A stretch of DNA of 64,000 nucleotides from Eledone cirrhosa (GCA_964016885.1 OZ024741.1:334490001-334554000), one strand, 5' to 3'. Numbered from the stretch's first letter, positions 39,284 to 51,661 are shown. The notes: generated from the sequence alone by a model not told the origin. Numbers and translations: made by a program.

Positions 39284-39552
39284 GAAATAATAACTTTAAG
39301 ATTAATTGCAGAAATGAAGACTGCAACAGGTAACCAAATAAATGACCATAAATAGTATAATTAATACTAATTAATACTATATATATATATATATGTATGT
39401 TTTTTATGTCATCCATCCAACCCTTGCTAGCAGGAAAAAAACAGTAAATGATCACACACACACACACATATATCTATATATTTATATTTATATATATATA
39501 TATGCATATATATACATACATATATATAGAGATATATATATATACATACATC

Positions 39553-39585
<33 letters not shown>

Positions 39586-39616
39586 AACAGAGGATTTGCT
39601 TCGAAGTCACTAGACA

Positions 39617-39702
39617 TATCTGAGGAACTTGCGAATCCAGAGTCAGGTTCGATCCACAAATAGATCGCACCTTGAGCTGTTTGCTGGGGAAACAATTGTA
39701 AT
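39617..39702 (+). ncRNA. Hammerhead-like motif with extended stem II; 3' stem I interrupted by a SINE tail
   Basis: CUGAGGA (39620-39626), internal hairpin ucagguucgauc/gaucgcaccuuga, then GAAA-caauug-UA. Confidence 0.55.
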
Positions 39703-39975
39703 CATCATCATCATCATAATTTTACGTTCGCTTTTCCCTGCTTGCAAGGGTGGGACGGGAACTGATTCTGGCTGGATTTCTACAGCTTGATGCCCTTCCT
39801 ACACGTCCACTTTACAGTGTGGGCTGGGTGCTTTTTTGCCGTGGCACCTCCACGACTACTTTGCAGAGGAATGATAGGGACCCCAGTCCCTATCATCTCA
39901 TTTCTACAGCTGAGTAAACTGGAGCAATGTGAAATAAAGTGTCTTACTCAAGGAAACAACACATCACCCGGTCTA
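39701..39975 (-). mobile_element. 5'-truncated V-domain-like SINE with RTE-derived tail
   Basis: Matches the reverse complement of 49762-50030. Confidence 0.8.
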
Positions 39976-40069
39976 CGCTAATAAATTGTGTCCCGATGCA
40001 TCACTGATTCTTCGTTTTCCATATTATATATATATGTGAGAAAAACCACAGACCCTCCATCTCAACTCA

Positions 40070-40107
40070 CCTTTTGAAAAGCAGAAGAACTGCGAAACCG
40101 GTAAAGG
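40070..40107 (+). ncRNA. Degenerate minimal hammerhead
   Basis: ccuu-UUGAAAA-gcag aagaa cugc-GAAA-ccgg-UA-aagg; all stems intact, two core transitions. Confidence 0.5.
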
Positions 40108-40190
40108 AACCAAATAAATATATATATTTAAAAAAAAAAAAAAAAAAAAAAAATAAGACTCCAGTTGCATTTTCGATTTCATCTCTTTTT

Positions 40191-40256
<66 letters not shown>

Positions 40257-41024
40257 TCAGGAAAGAAGAGTGACACGGTTTGCTATACAAAAAAGGTGTT
40301 ATAGATGATGAGAAAGCTAGACAACCCTTTCATCTAATATAGACCACACAAATATTACTATCCTCACTACAGTGATAAATTCTTCATCTGTCAGATAATA
40401 AATGATTCTTACGGCCACCAGACCTACATTGTTTAAAACCACCGGCTTATCTTTACACTATATATAATACACCCCATGACAGCTTTTACATGTCAATTTT
40501 ATACATCTGCCTCATGTCAGCTAGTTTTACACGCTAAAATCGTAGATATAATATACTTCACACCTAGATTGATGTTGTGATTATTTCAAATAATTTATTG
40601 CTAGCATTGTTAGTATTATTGCTATTGTTCTGATTGAATGCCATTACTACTATATATAGTAGCCATGCCTGTATATTCTTTTCATTCTCACAAGCTCCGA
40701 TGAATTGACTGGTTATAACTTTGTATTGGTGATCGAAAACGTGAAAACAAGCGGGTAGCGATCTCTAGACCTACCATTTCAGAGAAACAAATGTCAGCAA
40801 TGAGATTAAAAAGCTTTTTTGTATAGCAAACCGTGTCACTCTTCTTTCCTGATTTATCATTACTCCAAGTGTTTACAACATAGGAATTACAGCGTACTCG
40901 CAACATCACTATGGAAACGCCTTGTTGAGTCAAACTTAACCAAGCGTTGATATCATCCACTACCCGCAGTACCATAACTAGACTACACTTAAGTGGACTA
41001 CCTATAACAATAATTTGTTACCCC

Positions 41025-41099
<75 letters not shown>

Positions 41100-41222
41100 A
41101 TAACAGATTAAAGTTTAAGCAAAGAATCGCTGCTTTCACCCATAACGGGATCTTCTGAAACTAACAAAGTCAATCTGTAAACGCAGAACTCTTTGGATTT
41201 TAGTCTTCAAATTTATTATTAT

Positions 41223-41274
<52 letters not shown>

Positions 41275-41334
41275 TATATATATACACTCATATGTGCATG
41301 TATATATGTATGTATGTATGTATGTATATATATA

Positions 41335-41390
<56 letters not shown>

Positions 41391-41393
<3 letters not shown>

Positions 41394-42795
41394 GTTGGTG
41401 TAGAGCAGTGATATCAGGTCCACTATCTTCTTGGGGATTCCATAAGCCTGTAAGATCTTCATCAGACAGCAACGGTCCACAGAATCAAAGACCTTCCTAA
41501 AGTCAATGAAAACCATGACCGCAGGAAGGCACTTTGCTCTAGCTCCCTCTAATATCCTCCTCAGCATCAGGATGTGACTGGTGGTTGATCCACCCTCTCT
41601 GAAGCCGTTCTGGTTGTCCCTGAGCTTCTTCTCCATCTCAGGCTGGATCCTGTTAAGAATCATCCTGTTGAGGGTCTTTGCCACAAGTGACGTCAGTGAG
41701 ATCCCCCTGTAGTTGTTGGTGTTAGAGAGATCTCCCTTCTTTGGCACTGGGACGATGTTACTGATCCTCCACTGATTCGGGGCAATTCCTTTCTCCACTG
41801 CTCTACACCAACACCAAAGCCCAAGTCATTACACCTGATGGGATGACAGAGTTCTTTGAGATACTGGCTGGAGTGCTCCAGGGAGATACATTGGCTCCCT
41901 ACCTTTTTATCATCGTAGTGGACTATTGTATGCGCCTTGCACTGGAGAAACACCAGGACTCTGGCTTTACTATAGCACCGGCTCAGAGCAGGAGAGTTAA
42001 GGCGAAAAAGGTATCGGATGCTAAATTTGCGACAACATAGTTTTGGTGACAAATACAGTGAAGGAGGCAGAGGATTTGATGCGAGAGGTTGAGACTGTGT
42101 CGATGAGTGTGGGGCTGAGAATGAATGAGACTAAAACAAAATATCTGGTAGAGAATGTTAAGAAGCCAGAGGGGATCACTAATGTAGGCGGAAAGCTGCT
42201 AGAATTGGTTGAGGGTTTCCTGTATTTGGGAGCAAAGATTGGGAATACGGAAGATGATGTGGTTGAGAGGAAGAGCAAGGCCTGGGCGGCGTGCCACAGC
42301 TTGAGATCGGTGTGGAAGTCAGACCCTCGTAGCGACCTGAAAATCCGCCTCTTCATTGCTGTAGTGGAGTCTGTGCTGCTGTATGGGTCTGAGACTTGGA
42401 CACTGACCAAGAAACTCACTCAGATGGTGGATGGGTGCTACACGAGAATGCTGAGGATGGCTCTGAACATTAATCAGTATACACTGAGGATGAAAAACTC
42501 AGAGCTGTATGGGAGCATCCCAAAAGTCAGCTCAAAAGTGACACAGAGGAGACTGAGGTTAGCTGGACATGCTCACCGACATCCATAGTTGACATTGCAC
42601 TCAGTTCTCCTGTGGGAGCCCCTACATGGATACACTAGAAGAGGAAGACCAAGGTTAACGTATGTTGATGCCCTAAGGACAGACACTGGTCTGTTGGAGA
42701 CGCAGGACATGGCAGCGATAATGAGGGACAGAGACCGCTGGAGAGAACTCGTCCATGGATCTCGGGAATTTTACCCGCCTTAGATAGATAGATAT
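41391..42795. mobile_element. RTE-like LINE of a third family, with inverted 5' segment and (TAGA)n tail
   Basis: 41391-41798 (-) encodes [31 protein letters not shown]...SLLYTN. 41796-42783 (+) resumes [11 protein letters not shown]...GVLQGDTLAP...LLYGSETW...RGRPR and ends in TAG atagataga. Confidence 0.9.
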
Positions 42796-42814
42796 ATACA
42801 CATATGTGCATGTA

Positions 42815-42860
<46 letters not shown>

Positions 42861-43313
42861 CACACACACACACACACAGGCCAACGACATTGATTGTGTG
42901 CTTGTATGTTTGCTCTATATGGGAAATTGGGAAATGAATTTTTATTAATTCTTGTCACATACAAATAAAACCAGGCAAGCCTAAACTATTGAAGACTAAC
43001 CAAATGGTAATCTGGCAGAAGGAATATCTCATAGACCAAACACAAAACAATTAAAATACATTTTTTTTTATTCTCCACCAGAATTCCAACACTATTGATT
43101 TAGTTGAATACAAAATGAAAGTCTTTAAGAAAATTCTGCAACATTTAGTGGTAAATGAATTGCATATAATTTTTTTTCTTTTTCTTTTCATAGTCTTGCT
43201 TTAAAAATAAAGAATAATAAGGAATATCTTACAAAAATATAAATAAATTAAATATATATATGCATATGCATATGTATGTGTGTATATATATTATATATAT
43301 ATATATATATATG

Positions 43314-43386
<73 letters not shown>

Positions 43387-43784
43387 TTGCGAGTTTTTTA
43401 TATGAAATCGTGTGTCGAAACAGATATTGTTATACTTGGGGAGGGTCATATTTGCGTAATATTGCCAGAATTAATAACAGAACAAATGGCGTAGGCATAC
43501 AACACAACAGGAGGAACAATGAATATAACACCACTGACGATGTTGCAGATGTGCAACGAAAGATTTATGTAAATTATGTAAACTATATATATATATATGT
43601 GTTTGTGTCTATATTGTATCTGTATTATTTTTGACCGCCGGTCAGTCAATGGCATCATTGAGGACCGAATAAGTTAGATCGCAGATATAATAAAAGACAG
43701 CGAGAAGCGAAAACCAACCAAACAGTGAGTGTGTTCTGTTATTAATTCTGGCAATATTACGCAAATATGACCCTCCCCAAGTAT

Positions 43785-43860
<76 letters not shown>

Positions 43861-43863
<3 letters not shown>

Positions 43864-44123
43864 GCTATCCAGCAAACCTCAACCATTAAGGTTGTCTTTA
43901 TGTCAATATTTATAAAACAAATTTGTATTTTATCTGATGAAAGCGCACCAAAATCTTGCCTTGGTTGCCCTTGAAATATATATAATAAAATAATTATGGT
44001 TTTATAAATATAGTTTCCATTTATTAATATATTGTATATTTACTTCACTAATCGGTTGAGTGCTTTATATCAGTTATAAACATTTTTAAGCTTGTTGAAT
44101 CCCAACAAATTAAATATTACCTC

Positions 44124-44127
<4 letters not shown>
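43861..44127 (+). mobile_element. Solo PLE 3' pLTR fragment between TA tracts
   Basis: Homologous to 15020-15230 (-) and 51310-51533 (+): ggttttataaatatagtttccattt...gagtgct...tcagttataaa. Confidence 0.8.
43926..43992 (+). ncRNA. Minimal type I hammerhead ribozyme
   Basis: uauuuuau-CUGAUGA-aagcgcaccaa...uugguugcccuu-GAAA-uauaua-UA-auaaaaua. Confidence 0.8.
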
Positions 44128-44154
<27 letters not shown>

Positions 44155-44158
<4 letters not shown>

Positions 44159-44793
44159 AATAACAAAGAACGCTTATAGCATATGCATATCTTTACTTGC
44201 TAACATTGTTTCATCCGCACTATAAGTGGGACTCATCAGAGCATAAAGGTTAATTACATACCATACAAGCAATAACAAATCCAAGACATTGAAGAATGAA
44301 AGGTAATAATAGACGATAAAGGATAAGAATAAAAATAAAAGTAAAAATAAAAATAAAAATAAAAATAAAGGGTGCTATCAGTCACAGTTGGGCGGGGTGC
44401 TGTCAACATATAGTTACATACAAGCATACACATGGATAAGAGAACAGACAAGAGTAGACACGTGGATAAGAGAACAGACAAGAGTAGATAAGATAATGGG
44501 ATTAGGTAAGAGTAGGTAAAAAATAGGTAAAAAATAGGTGAAAAACAGACTTATAATATATATAAAAAGAAATACAAAGAAATACATAACAAACTTACAT
44601 ATAAAATATAGGGTAAGGAATGAGATAAAATAATATAAAATTAAAAATTAAAAATTACATACATAGAACATAATATAATATAATCGTAAAATAAGATAAA
44701 ATAAGGTAAACTAAAATCAAATAACATAGACTAAATTAAAATAATATAATATAAGATATAATTAAATGTATAATTAAATGTAATTAAATGTAA

Positions 44794-44845
<52 letters not shown>

Positions 44846-47280
44846 AAATTAAGAATTAAATAAATAAATAAAATTTAAATTTAAATTTTAAAATTAAAAT
44901 TTAAATTTAAATTTAAATAAATAAATAAATAAATAAATGGAGTCAAGTAAGTAAATAAATAAAATTAGATAACATGAAATGAAATAAAATAAAATGAAAT
45001 AAAGTAAATTGAGATAAGATATATATTTTTTTTAAAAATATTTTTTTAGAAAATATCTCTTGAATATATCAGGGGCCCACGAAGGCACTAATTGTCACAG
45101 TTATGTGTATCACTTGACCAATTTTTTAAAATATATTTCTTGAAAACATCAGGGGCCCACGAAGGCACTAAGTGTCACAGTCACCAGTATCACTTGACCA
45201 TTGCAAGGCAATGGAGGCGTCCCAGGTTGGGCAGTCTCGAAAGTTCACTCGAAAGTCATGGGTGTGCATTCACACAGTTGAGCGGTGGGGTAATCACAAA
45301 CCGGTTCACACACGGGCAGGAGTCCAATGGTCAGAGAGAGGTGCATCGAAGGAGGTAGAAGAATTCACGTGCATTAGCAAGCAAGGTGAGGCGGGTTAAA
45401 GCAAGCAGACACAGTTGTAGCGCATACAAAATATATATAAAAAGACAGAAGCTATATAAAAAATAGCTTCAGGAGCCATTAAGTCACCGCATTGGGACAT
45501 CACAATATTGTACACATCAATATGTTCAGCACGTATATGCACGTATACACACCACATGCACATGCAGAGACGGTATACATATATATATATATATTTTTTT
45601 TTTTATATATATACAGACACATATAACCACCTACACCCATACACATATAAATGTATACACGGACACACACGCACACACACACAGCGTAGGACACACGGGT
45701 CAAAGCCGATATTAAATACGATATTAAACACCGAAATACCACATTAGACCAGACCCACCACCACAGGTAATATATTCAAAACAAATACATACGATGAGAT
45801 GTAGAAAAATAAAGTTCACTGTATCTAAAGATACAGTATCTAGATACAGTATCTAGATACAGTGAATGATTGGTCTTTGTTGTTAAGGTCTTCCAAGATT
45901 TTTCAATGTACTTTCTAAAGTCAGTACTATATTTTTCCTCTATTTCTTGGTAGAGTTGTTGTTCTAAGTATCCCATTACAGAGTTCGCGTAAACGGGAGC
46001 AAACTTCGTTCCCATCGCTGTGCCTCTAATTTGGATGTAATTCTTTCCATTGAAGAAGAAAGTGTTGTTTTCCAGAATAAGTTTAACTGCGTCTAATATA
46101 AATGGCGCTGTGAATCTAATGGGAATCACTTCTCTATGTTTTTCCACCCAGTATTTAACCGCCTTTATTCCTAAATCATGTGTAATGTTGGTGTAAAGGC
46201 TTACCACATCAAAACTGAGTAGAAGTGAATTCGTTTCCGTGGTTTTGGGGAGATGGGACAGGAAGTCGATATCATCCCGGATGAAACTGGGTATGTGAAT
46301 ACATAGTGGTTTCAAAATAATGTCAACAAAATTGCTTAGACGGTGAGTGGGGCATGTTGGACCAGCTATAATAGGTCTAAGTTTTAAGTCTTTTGGGTGT
46401 AATAATTTAATGTACTCACTGTTTTGTTCTCTTACTGCCAGTTGTATTTCTTTTGACTTGTGAACTTTCGGTAGGCCATACAGGTTGCTGGGTTTCGGCT
46501 CAAAATTGGTGATGTAGTCTCTTTCCTTATCAGTAAATGAGTTGTGGTATTTTGAAGCCAGGTTGTTGATCTTCTTCATGATGTTGTGGTCTATATTTGA
46601 CGGTATTTCATGATAGAATGTTGTGTCTTTCAGTTGTTCCTCAACCAAATCCTTGTAGTATTCAGTATCCATTATAACAACTGCACCCCTTTTATCTGCT
46701 TGTTTAATTATTATTGTTTTATCATTTTGTATACGTTTAAGTGCAGACATTTCTGATTTGTTAATGTTTGGCCTAACATTAGTATTATGTCTAAGAGGAA
46801 ATTTAGACAGGATGTCAATGTATTGGTCGAGATAGATATTTCTTCCTTTTGGCGGAGTGAAATTTGATTTATTCTTTACTAGTGATTCATCACTCTCATT
46901 ATTTTTATCAGCGAAGAATTCTACAAGACGTAATTTTCGACAGAATTCTTGGGTATCCTCCTTCAGTTCTTGGTGGTTGACTGTTGGAGTCGGTGTGAAT
47001 TTCAGTCCTTTTGACAGAATTTGCATTTCATCATTGTCAAGATCTCTTTTAGATAAATTAATTATTTTAGGATCTACGTGTACATCGGTTTTGGGGTATG
47101 TTTCCTCCTGGAGTTTTTCTTTTTCCGGTTTTTGTTGTCCTGACGTTAAAAAATGAATTTTTCTCTGTTCAGGATTTATATTCCTGTTAGTGTTCGCTTG
47201 ATGAACTTTTGGTCGTGATATTATATTTGGTTTCGTTATGTATTTCGTTATGTATTTTGCCAAATGAACAATAATAACGC
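44155..47280 (-). mobile_element. Neptune-like PLE with internal deletion; long low-complexity 3' region ending in a hammerhead and (TA)n
   Basis: RT N-terminal ORF, followed by non-coding 44155-45880 and an HHR at 44198-44243. That these are a single element is inferred. Confidence 0.7.
44198..44243 (-). ncRNA. Minimal type I hammerhead ribozyme
   Basis: Minus strand: ugcu-CUGAUGA-gucccac uuaua gugcggau-GAAA-caaug-UU-agca. Confidence 0.8.
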
Positions 47281-47335
47281 CTAGGGGTATTACTTCTACT
47301 ACCACTATGACCACGACCACTAACAACAACAACAA
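45776..47335 (-). pseudogene. Neptune-like PLE reverse transcriptase, N-terminal part, truncated just before the YxDD motif
   Basis: Motifs IINLS, LSKGLKFTPT, KQADKRGAVV, YGLPKVHK, RPII, FDVVSLYTNI and GTAMGTKFAP. Homology stops at KSWK; no YxDD or GIY-YIG follows. Confidence 0.88.
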
Positions 47336-47471
47336 TAATAATAATAATAAAAGTGATGTTGATGGTGATGATTAATAGAAAATGCTATTTTCATCATTTC
47401 AAAAAGCAAAACAATTGATACGTTGGATATGACTATTGGTCGTTAGCATGCTCAACCAGCCGTGATGCTTA

Positions 47472-47580
47472 AACCAATCAGCTGTAGTAATTCAGTGAAA
47501 CTACACACTGATTGGTCGAAATACAGTTTACAGGGCTTTGCATTCTGGAGCCACTTTTCTCTGTATAAAATGTATAAAAG
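47472..47580 (+). promoter_or_regulatory. Candidate pLTR Pol II promoter: inverted CCAAT pair plus TATA-like boxes
   Basis: accaatcag (47473-47481), ctgattggt (47508-47516) and tgtataaaatgtataaaag (47562-47580), ~60 nt upstream of a hammerhead. Confidence 0.45.
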
Positions 47581-47642
47581 GTAGGAAATTTACCCATCTC
47601 ATTACAGTTGAAAATTTGAAACTCGACTGTCACCACATATCA

Positions 47643-47681
47643 TGAACCTGAAGATTGCGAAAGCATGAAAGTACTTGTTCA
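47643..47681 (+). ncRNA. 39-nt minimal type I hammerhead ribozyme
   Basis: ugaac-CUGAAGA-uugc gaaa gcau-GAAA-guac-UU-guuca. Confidence 0.82.
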
Positions 47682-47894
47682 ATTAACACTTAGAATTTAA
47701 TATTCTATCATACTATTTCATTATAATACCATATTATATATATTTTAAAGGATTGTAAATAAAACGAGTAAATCAGACAAAGTTGGAATTCCTCTTATTA
47801 ATATAATCTTCTATACACAATCATACACACCCGTGTATATTTACCTATCTATATCTATATATATATATATATATATATATATGTAGATTAGAGA

Positions 47895-48566
47895 GCAACG
47901 TAGATTAGAGAGAAACGAAGCCTGCATGCTCCGATGGATGTGTAACAGTAATATACGCGAACGACAAAGCATAAATGAATTGAGAGAGAGACTGAGCATA
48001 AGAGGAATCAAATGCTGTGTGCAGGAGAGGCGGTTGCGCTGGTATGGACATGTGATGCGTATGAAGGATGACAGCTGCATAAAAAGGTGCAGAGCACTAG
48101 AAGTCGGTGGAAACCGCGGAGTGGGGAGACCCAAGATGACCTGGGATGAGGTGATAAAAGCCGACCTTACCCAATTACACCTCTCAAAGGTGATGACACA
48201 CGACCGTGAACTCTGGCGTCACCCAGTAATACAGAGTACCCGACCTCCCATGGGTACTAGCTGAAGCATATAGACAATATGCCCCCACTCCCCCCACCGC
48301 AAGGTGGTCGTGGAGGTGCCATGGCAAAAAATCACCCAGCCCACACTGTAAAGTGGACGTGTGGGCACCACGAAAAAACACCCAGCACTCACTGTAAATG
48401 AGGTTGGTGTTAGGAAGGGAATCCAGCTGTAGAAATCAAGCCAAATCAGTTCCTGTATGAGCAAGGCATGGTCAGCCGACCAGACACTGCCCACAACAGG
48501 ACAACCCGTCTAACCCATGCTAGCGTGGAAGAACGGACGTAAAACGGTGATGATGATGATGATGAT
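47895..48566 (+). mobile_element. RTE subfamily A 3' fragment
   Basis: ORF 47926..48264 is nearly identical to the C-terminus of the 1755 ORF; 3' UTR and (GAT)n tail follow. Confidence 0.92.
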
Positions 48567-48620
48567 GTACATGTATATATATGCATGTAAGTGTATATAT
48601 ATATATATGTGTGTGTGTAC

Positions 48621-48747
<127 letters not shown>

Positions 48748-48749
48748 CA

Positions 48750-49018
48750 TATCTATCTAGGGCGAGTAAAATTCCCGAAATCCATGGACGAGTTCACTCC
48801 AGCGGTCTCTGTCCGTCATTATCGCTGCCATGTCCTGCGTCTCCAAGAGACCAGTTTCTGTCCTTAGGGCATCAACATATGTTAACCTTGGTCTTCCTCT
48901 TCCAGTGTGTCCATGCAGGGGCTCCCACAGGAGCACTGAGTGCAATGTCAACTCTGGATGTTGGTGAGCATGTCCAGCTAACCTCATTCTCCTCTGTGTC
49001 ACTTTTGAGCTGACTTTT
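48750..49018 (-). mobile_element. 3' fragment of the (TAGA)n-tailed LINE family
   Basis: [16 protein letters not shown]...GRPRLTYVD matches 42520-42790. Confidence 0.88.
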
Positions 49019-49127
49019 ACATATTATATATATATATGTATATGTATATGTATATATATATATATGTATATGTATATATATATATATGTATATGTATATG
49101 TATATATATATATATATACATATATGT

Positions 49128-49471
49128 GTCATCATCATCCATCATCATTTCATTTTACGTCCGCTTTTTCCCTGCTTGCAAGGGTGGGACGGGAACTGAT
49201 TCTGGCTTGATTTCTACAGCTGGATGCCCTTCCTAACACCAACCTCATTTACAGTGAGTGCTGGGTGCTTTTTTGCCGTGGCACCTCCACGACCACTTTG
49301 CAGTGGAATGACAGGGACCCCAGTCCCTATCATCTCATTTCTACAGCTGAGTAAACTGGAACAATGTGAAATAAAGTGTCTTGCTCAAGGAAACAACACA
49401 TCATCCGGTCTGAGAATTGAACTCACAACCTTCAATTCTCAGACCGGGTGATGTGTTGTTTCCTTGAGCAA
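49128..49471 (-). mobile_element. 5'-truncated V-domain-like SINE ending in a 41-bp fold-back arm
   Basis: 49381-49421 and 49431-49471 are reverse complements with one mismatch. Confidence 0.88.
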
Positions 49472-49499
49472 TATATGTATATATATATATACATATATA

Positions 49500-49629
<130 letters not shown>

Positions 49630-49694
49630 TGCATATGTATATACATACATATATATATATATATATTTATAAATATATATATATACATATATAT

Positions 49695-50030
49695 GGGGGC
49701 ACATGGCTTAGTGTTTAGAGCATTGGCCTTGCAATCGAAAGGTTGTGAGTTCAATTCTCAGACCGGGTGATGTGTTGTTTCCTTGAGCAAGACACTTTAT
49801 TTCACATTGCTCCAGTTTACTCAGCTGTAGAAATGAGATGATAGGGACTGGGGTCCATATCATTCCACTGCAAAGTGGAGGTGCCACGGCAAAAAAGCAC
49901 CCAGCACTCACTGTAAATGAGGTTGGTGTTAGGAAGGGCATCCAGCTGTAGAAATCAAGCCAGAATCAGTTCCCGTCCCACCCTTGCAAGCAGGGAAAAG
50001 TGGACGTAAAATGAAATGATGAAATGAAAT
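49695..50030 (+). mobile_element. Full-length tRNA-derived SINE (V-domain-like core, RTE-derived 3' tail)
   Basis: A box tggcttagtgtttag, B box gagttcaattc, core tttccttgagcaagacactt, and tail gtgttaggaagggcatccagctgtagaaa shared with the RTE 3' UTR. Confidence 0.88.
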
Positions 50031-50502
50031 GATATATATATATAAATTACTATATTTAATATATCAATATGCTCCCATATATTTTTGTTCAGCCAAAGCC
50101 ATTTCATTTTATCATTCCTTACGGATACACATTATGTTCTTTCCATTAACGTTATTCTGATAGAAGATAATTCTTCGATTGCACACGTATATATATTATA
50201 ATGAAACTAAAACAAAAAACAACAACACAAAAAACACAACACAAAAACCCACAAAAGTAATAAATAAGGAATAAAAATTGATATATTTTTCATATGAATT
50301 CATTCTACTCTCTCACTCTCTCTTTCTATCTTTATTTATCTCAGTCATTTTTTTTTTTTTATTCCTTTTTGTCATGCACAGAAATGAAAAAAATAACCTG
50401 CACCCCCGCACCACCACCACCCCCCAAAAATATATATACTAAAAAATATAAATAATAATAAAAATAACACGTTATAGTTATCAGCAGGTAACATGCTTAA
50501 AC

Positions 50503-50745
50503 CTCTCTCTCTCTTTCTCATTCTCTCTTTCTCATTCACTCTCACTTCTCTCCTCTCCTTTCTCTGTTTCTCATTCTCTCTCACTTCTCTACTCTCCTCT
50601 CCCTTCCTCTCTCATCTCCCTTCCTCCCTCTCTCTCATTCTCTCTCACTTCTCTTCCTTCCTCTCCTTTCCTCGCTCTCTCTCATCTCCCTTCCTCCCTC
50701 TCTCTCATTCTCTCTCACTTCTCTCCTCTCCTGTCTTCTCTTCTA
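50503..50745. repeat. CT-rich low-complexity tandem repeat
   Basis: Repeated ctctctcattctctctcacttctc units. Confidence 0.85.
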
Positions 50746-51166
50746 TCGACTGAGGAAAATAGCTGTGAAATTGAGAAAACCAGTTTAATAACTAAGAGTT
50801 AATCCATCTCGTTCACCTCAGGTTTTCCTTATTACAAACAGTCACAATACGGATCTTTAACACTAGAAATAATTCCAGGAAATTCCGATGTGTATCTTCC
50901 TTACTTTATTTTTGAAAAGGAAAAAAAAATATCGCATACTTTCTTTGTCTTTACCTTTTTCCTATCCCTTACTATTTATTTATTTATTTTTTCTGTTTTT
51001 AATTTTACTTCTTTTATTTTTTTATATATCCTGTATCTTTTCCCTGTATCTCCTCCCCCCTTGCGCTGCCCTACCTCTTACTTTTTCCCTGTCTGATGAT
51101 ATATATATATATACATATATTCAATGATATTAAATAAATGGAAACTATATTTATAAAAACCATATT

Positions 51167-51227
51167 TATTCTATTATATATATTTCAAGGGTACCAAAAC
51201 TTTGGTACGCTTTCATCAGATAAAATA
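51167..51227 (-). ncRNA. Minimal type I hammerhead ribozyme (mirror)
   Basis: Reverse complement of the 51340-51400 motif with a loop variant. Confidence 0.8.
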
Positions 51228-51339
51228 CAAAATGTGTTTTATAAATGTTGACATAACCAAGAAAAGATACCTTAACGGTTCAGGTTTTCCTTTAAGGTAT
51301 CTTTTCTTGGTTATGTCAAAATTTATAAAACAAACTTTG

Positions 51340-51400
51340 TATTTTATCTGATGAAAGCGTACCAATGTTTTGGTACCCTTGAAATATATATAATAGAATA
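51340..51400 (+). ncRNA. Minimal type I hammerhead ribozyme
   Basis: uauuuuau-CUGAUGA-aagcguacca auguuu ugguacccuu-GAAA-uauaua-UA-auagaaua. Confidence 0.83.
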
Positions 51401-51624
51401 AATGTGGTTTTATAAATATAGTTTCCATTTATTTAATATCATTGAATATTATACCCCAAAATTCTGTTGAGTGCTCTGAATCAGTTATAAACATTTTTGT
51501 TGAATTACCAACTAATTGAATATCCCTTTTGCTTATATATACATATATATATATCCATCCATATACATATGTGAATGTGGGTATGTTTGTGTGTGTGTGA
51601 GTGTATATACAGACACGCACTTTA

Positions 51625-51661
<37 letters not shown>

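Larger units (their letters stand above)
51118..51533. mobile_element. Fold-back PLE pLTR (head-to-head) with two hammerheads
   Basis: Arms ~51118-51275 and ~51292-51449; the right arm continues to the complete 3' end at ~51533. Confidence 0.9.

Noticed and set aside
47281-47335. Hydrophobic LLLLVVVV leader on the Neptune-like ORF
   Set aside because: Translation of (AAC)/(ACC) simple repeats.
49695-49770. tRNA-like A/B boxes here and in other SINE heads
   Set aside because: SINE heads with no complete cloverleaf; not tRNA genes.
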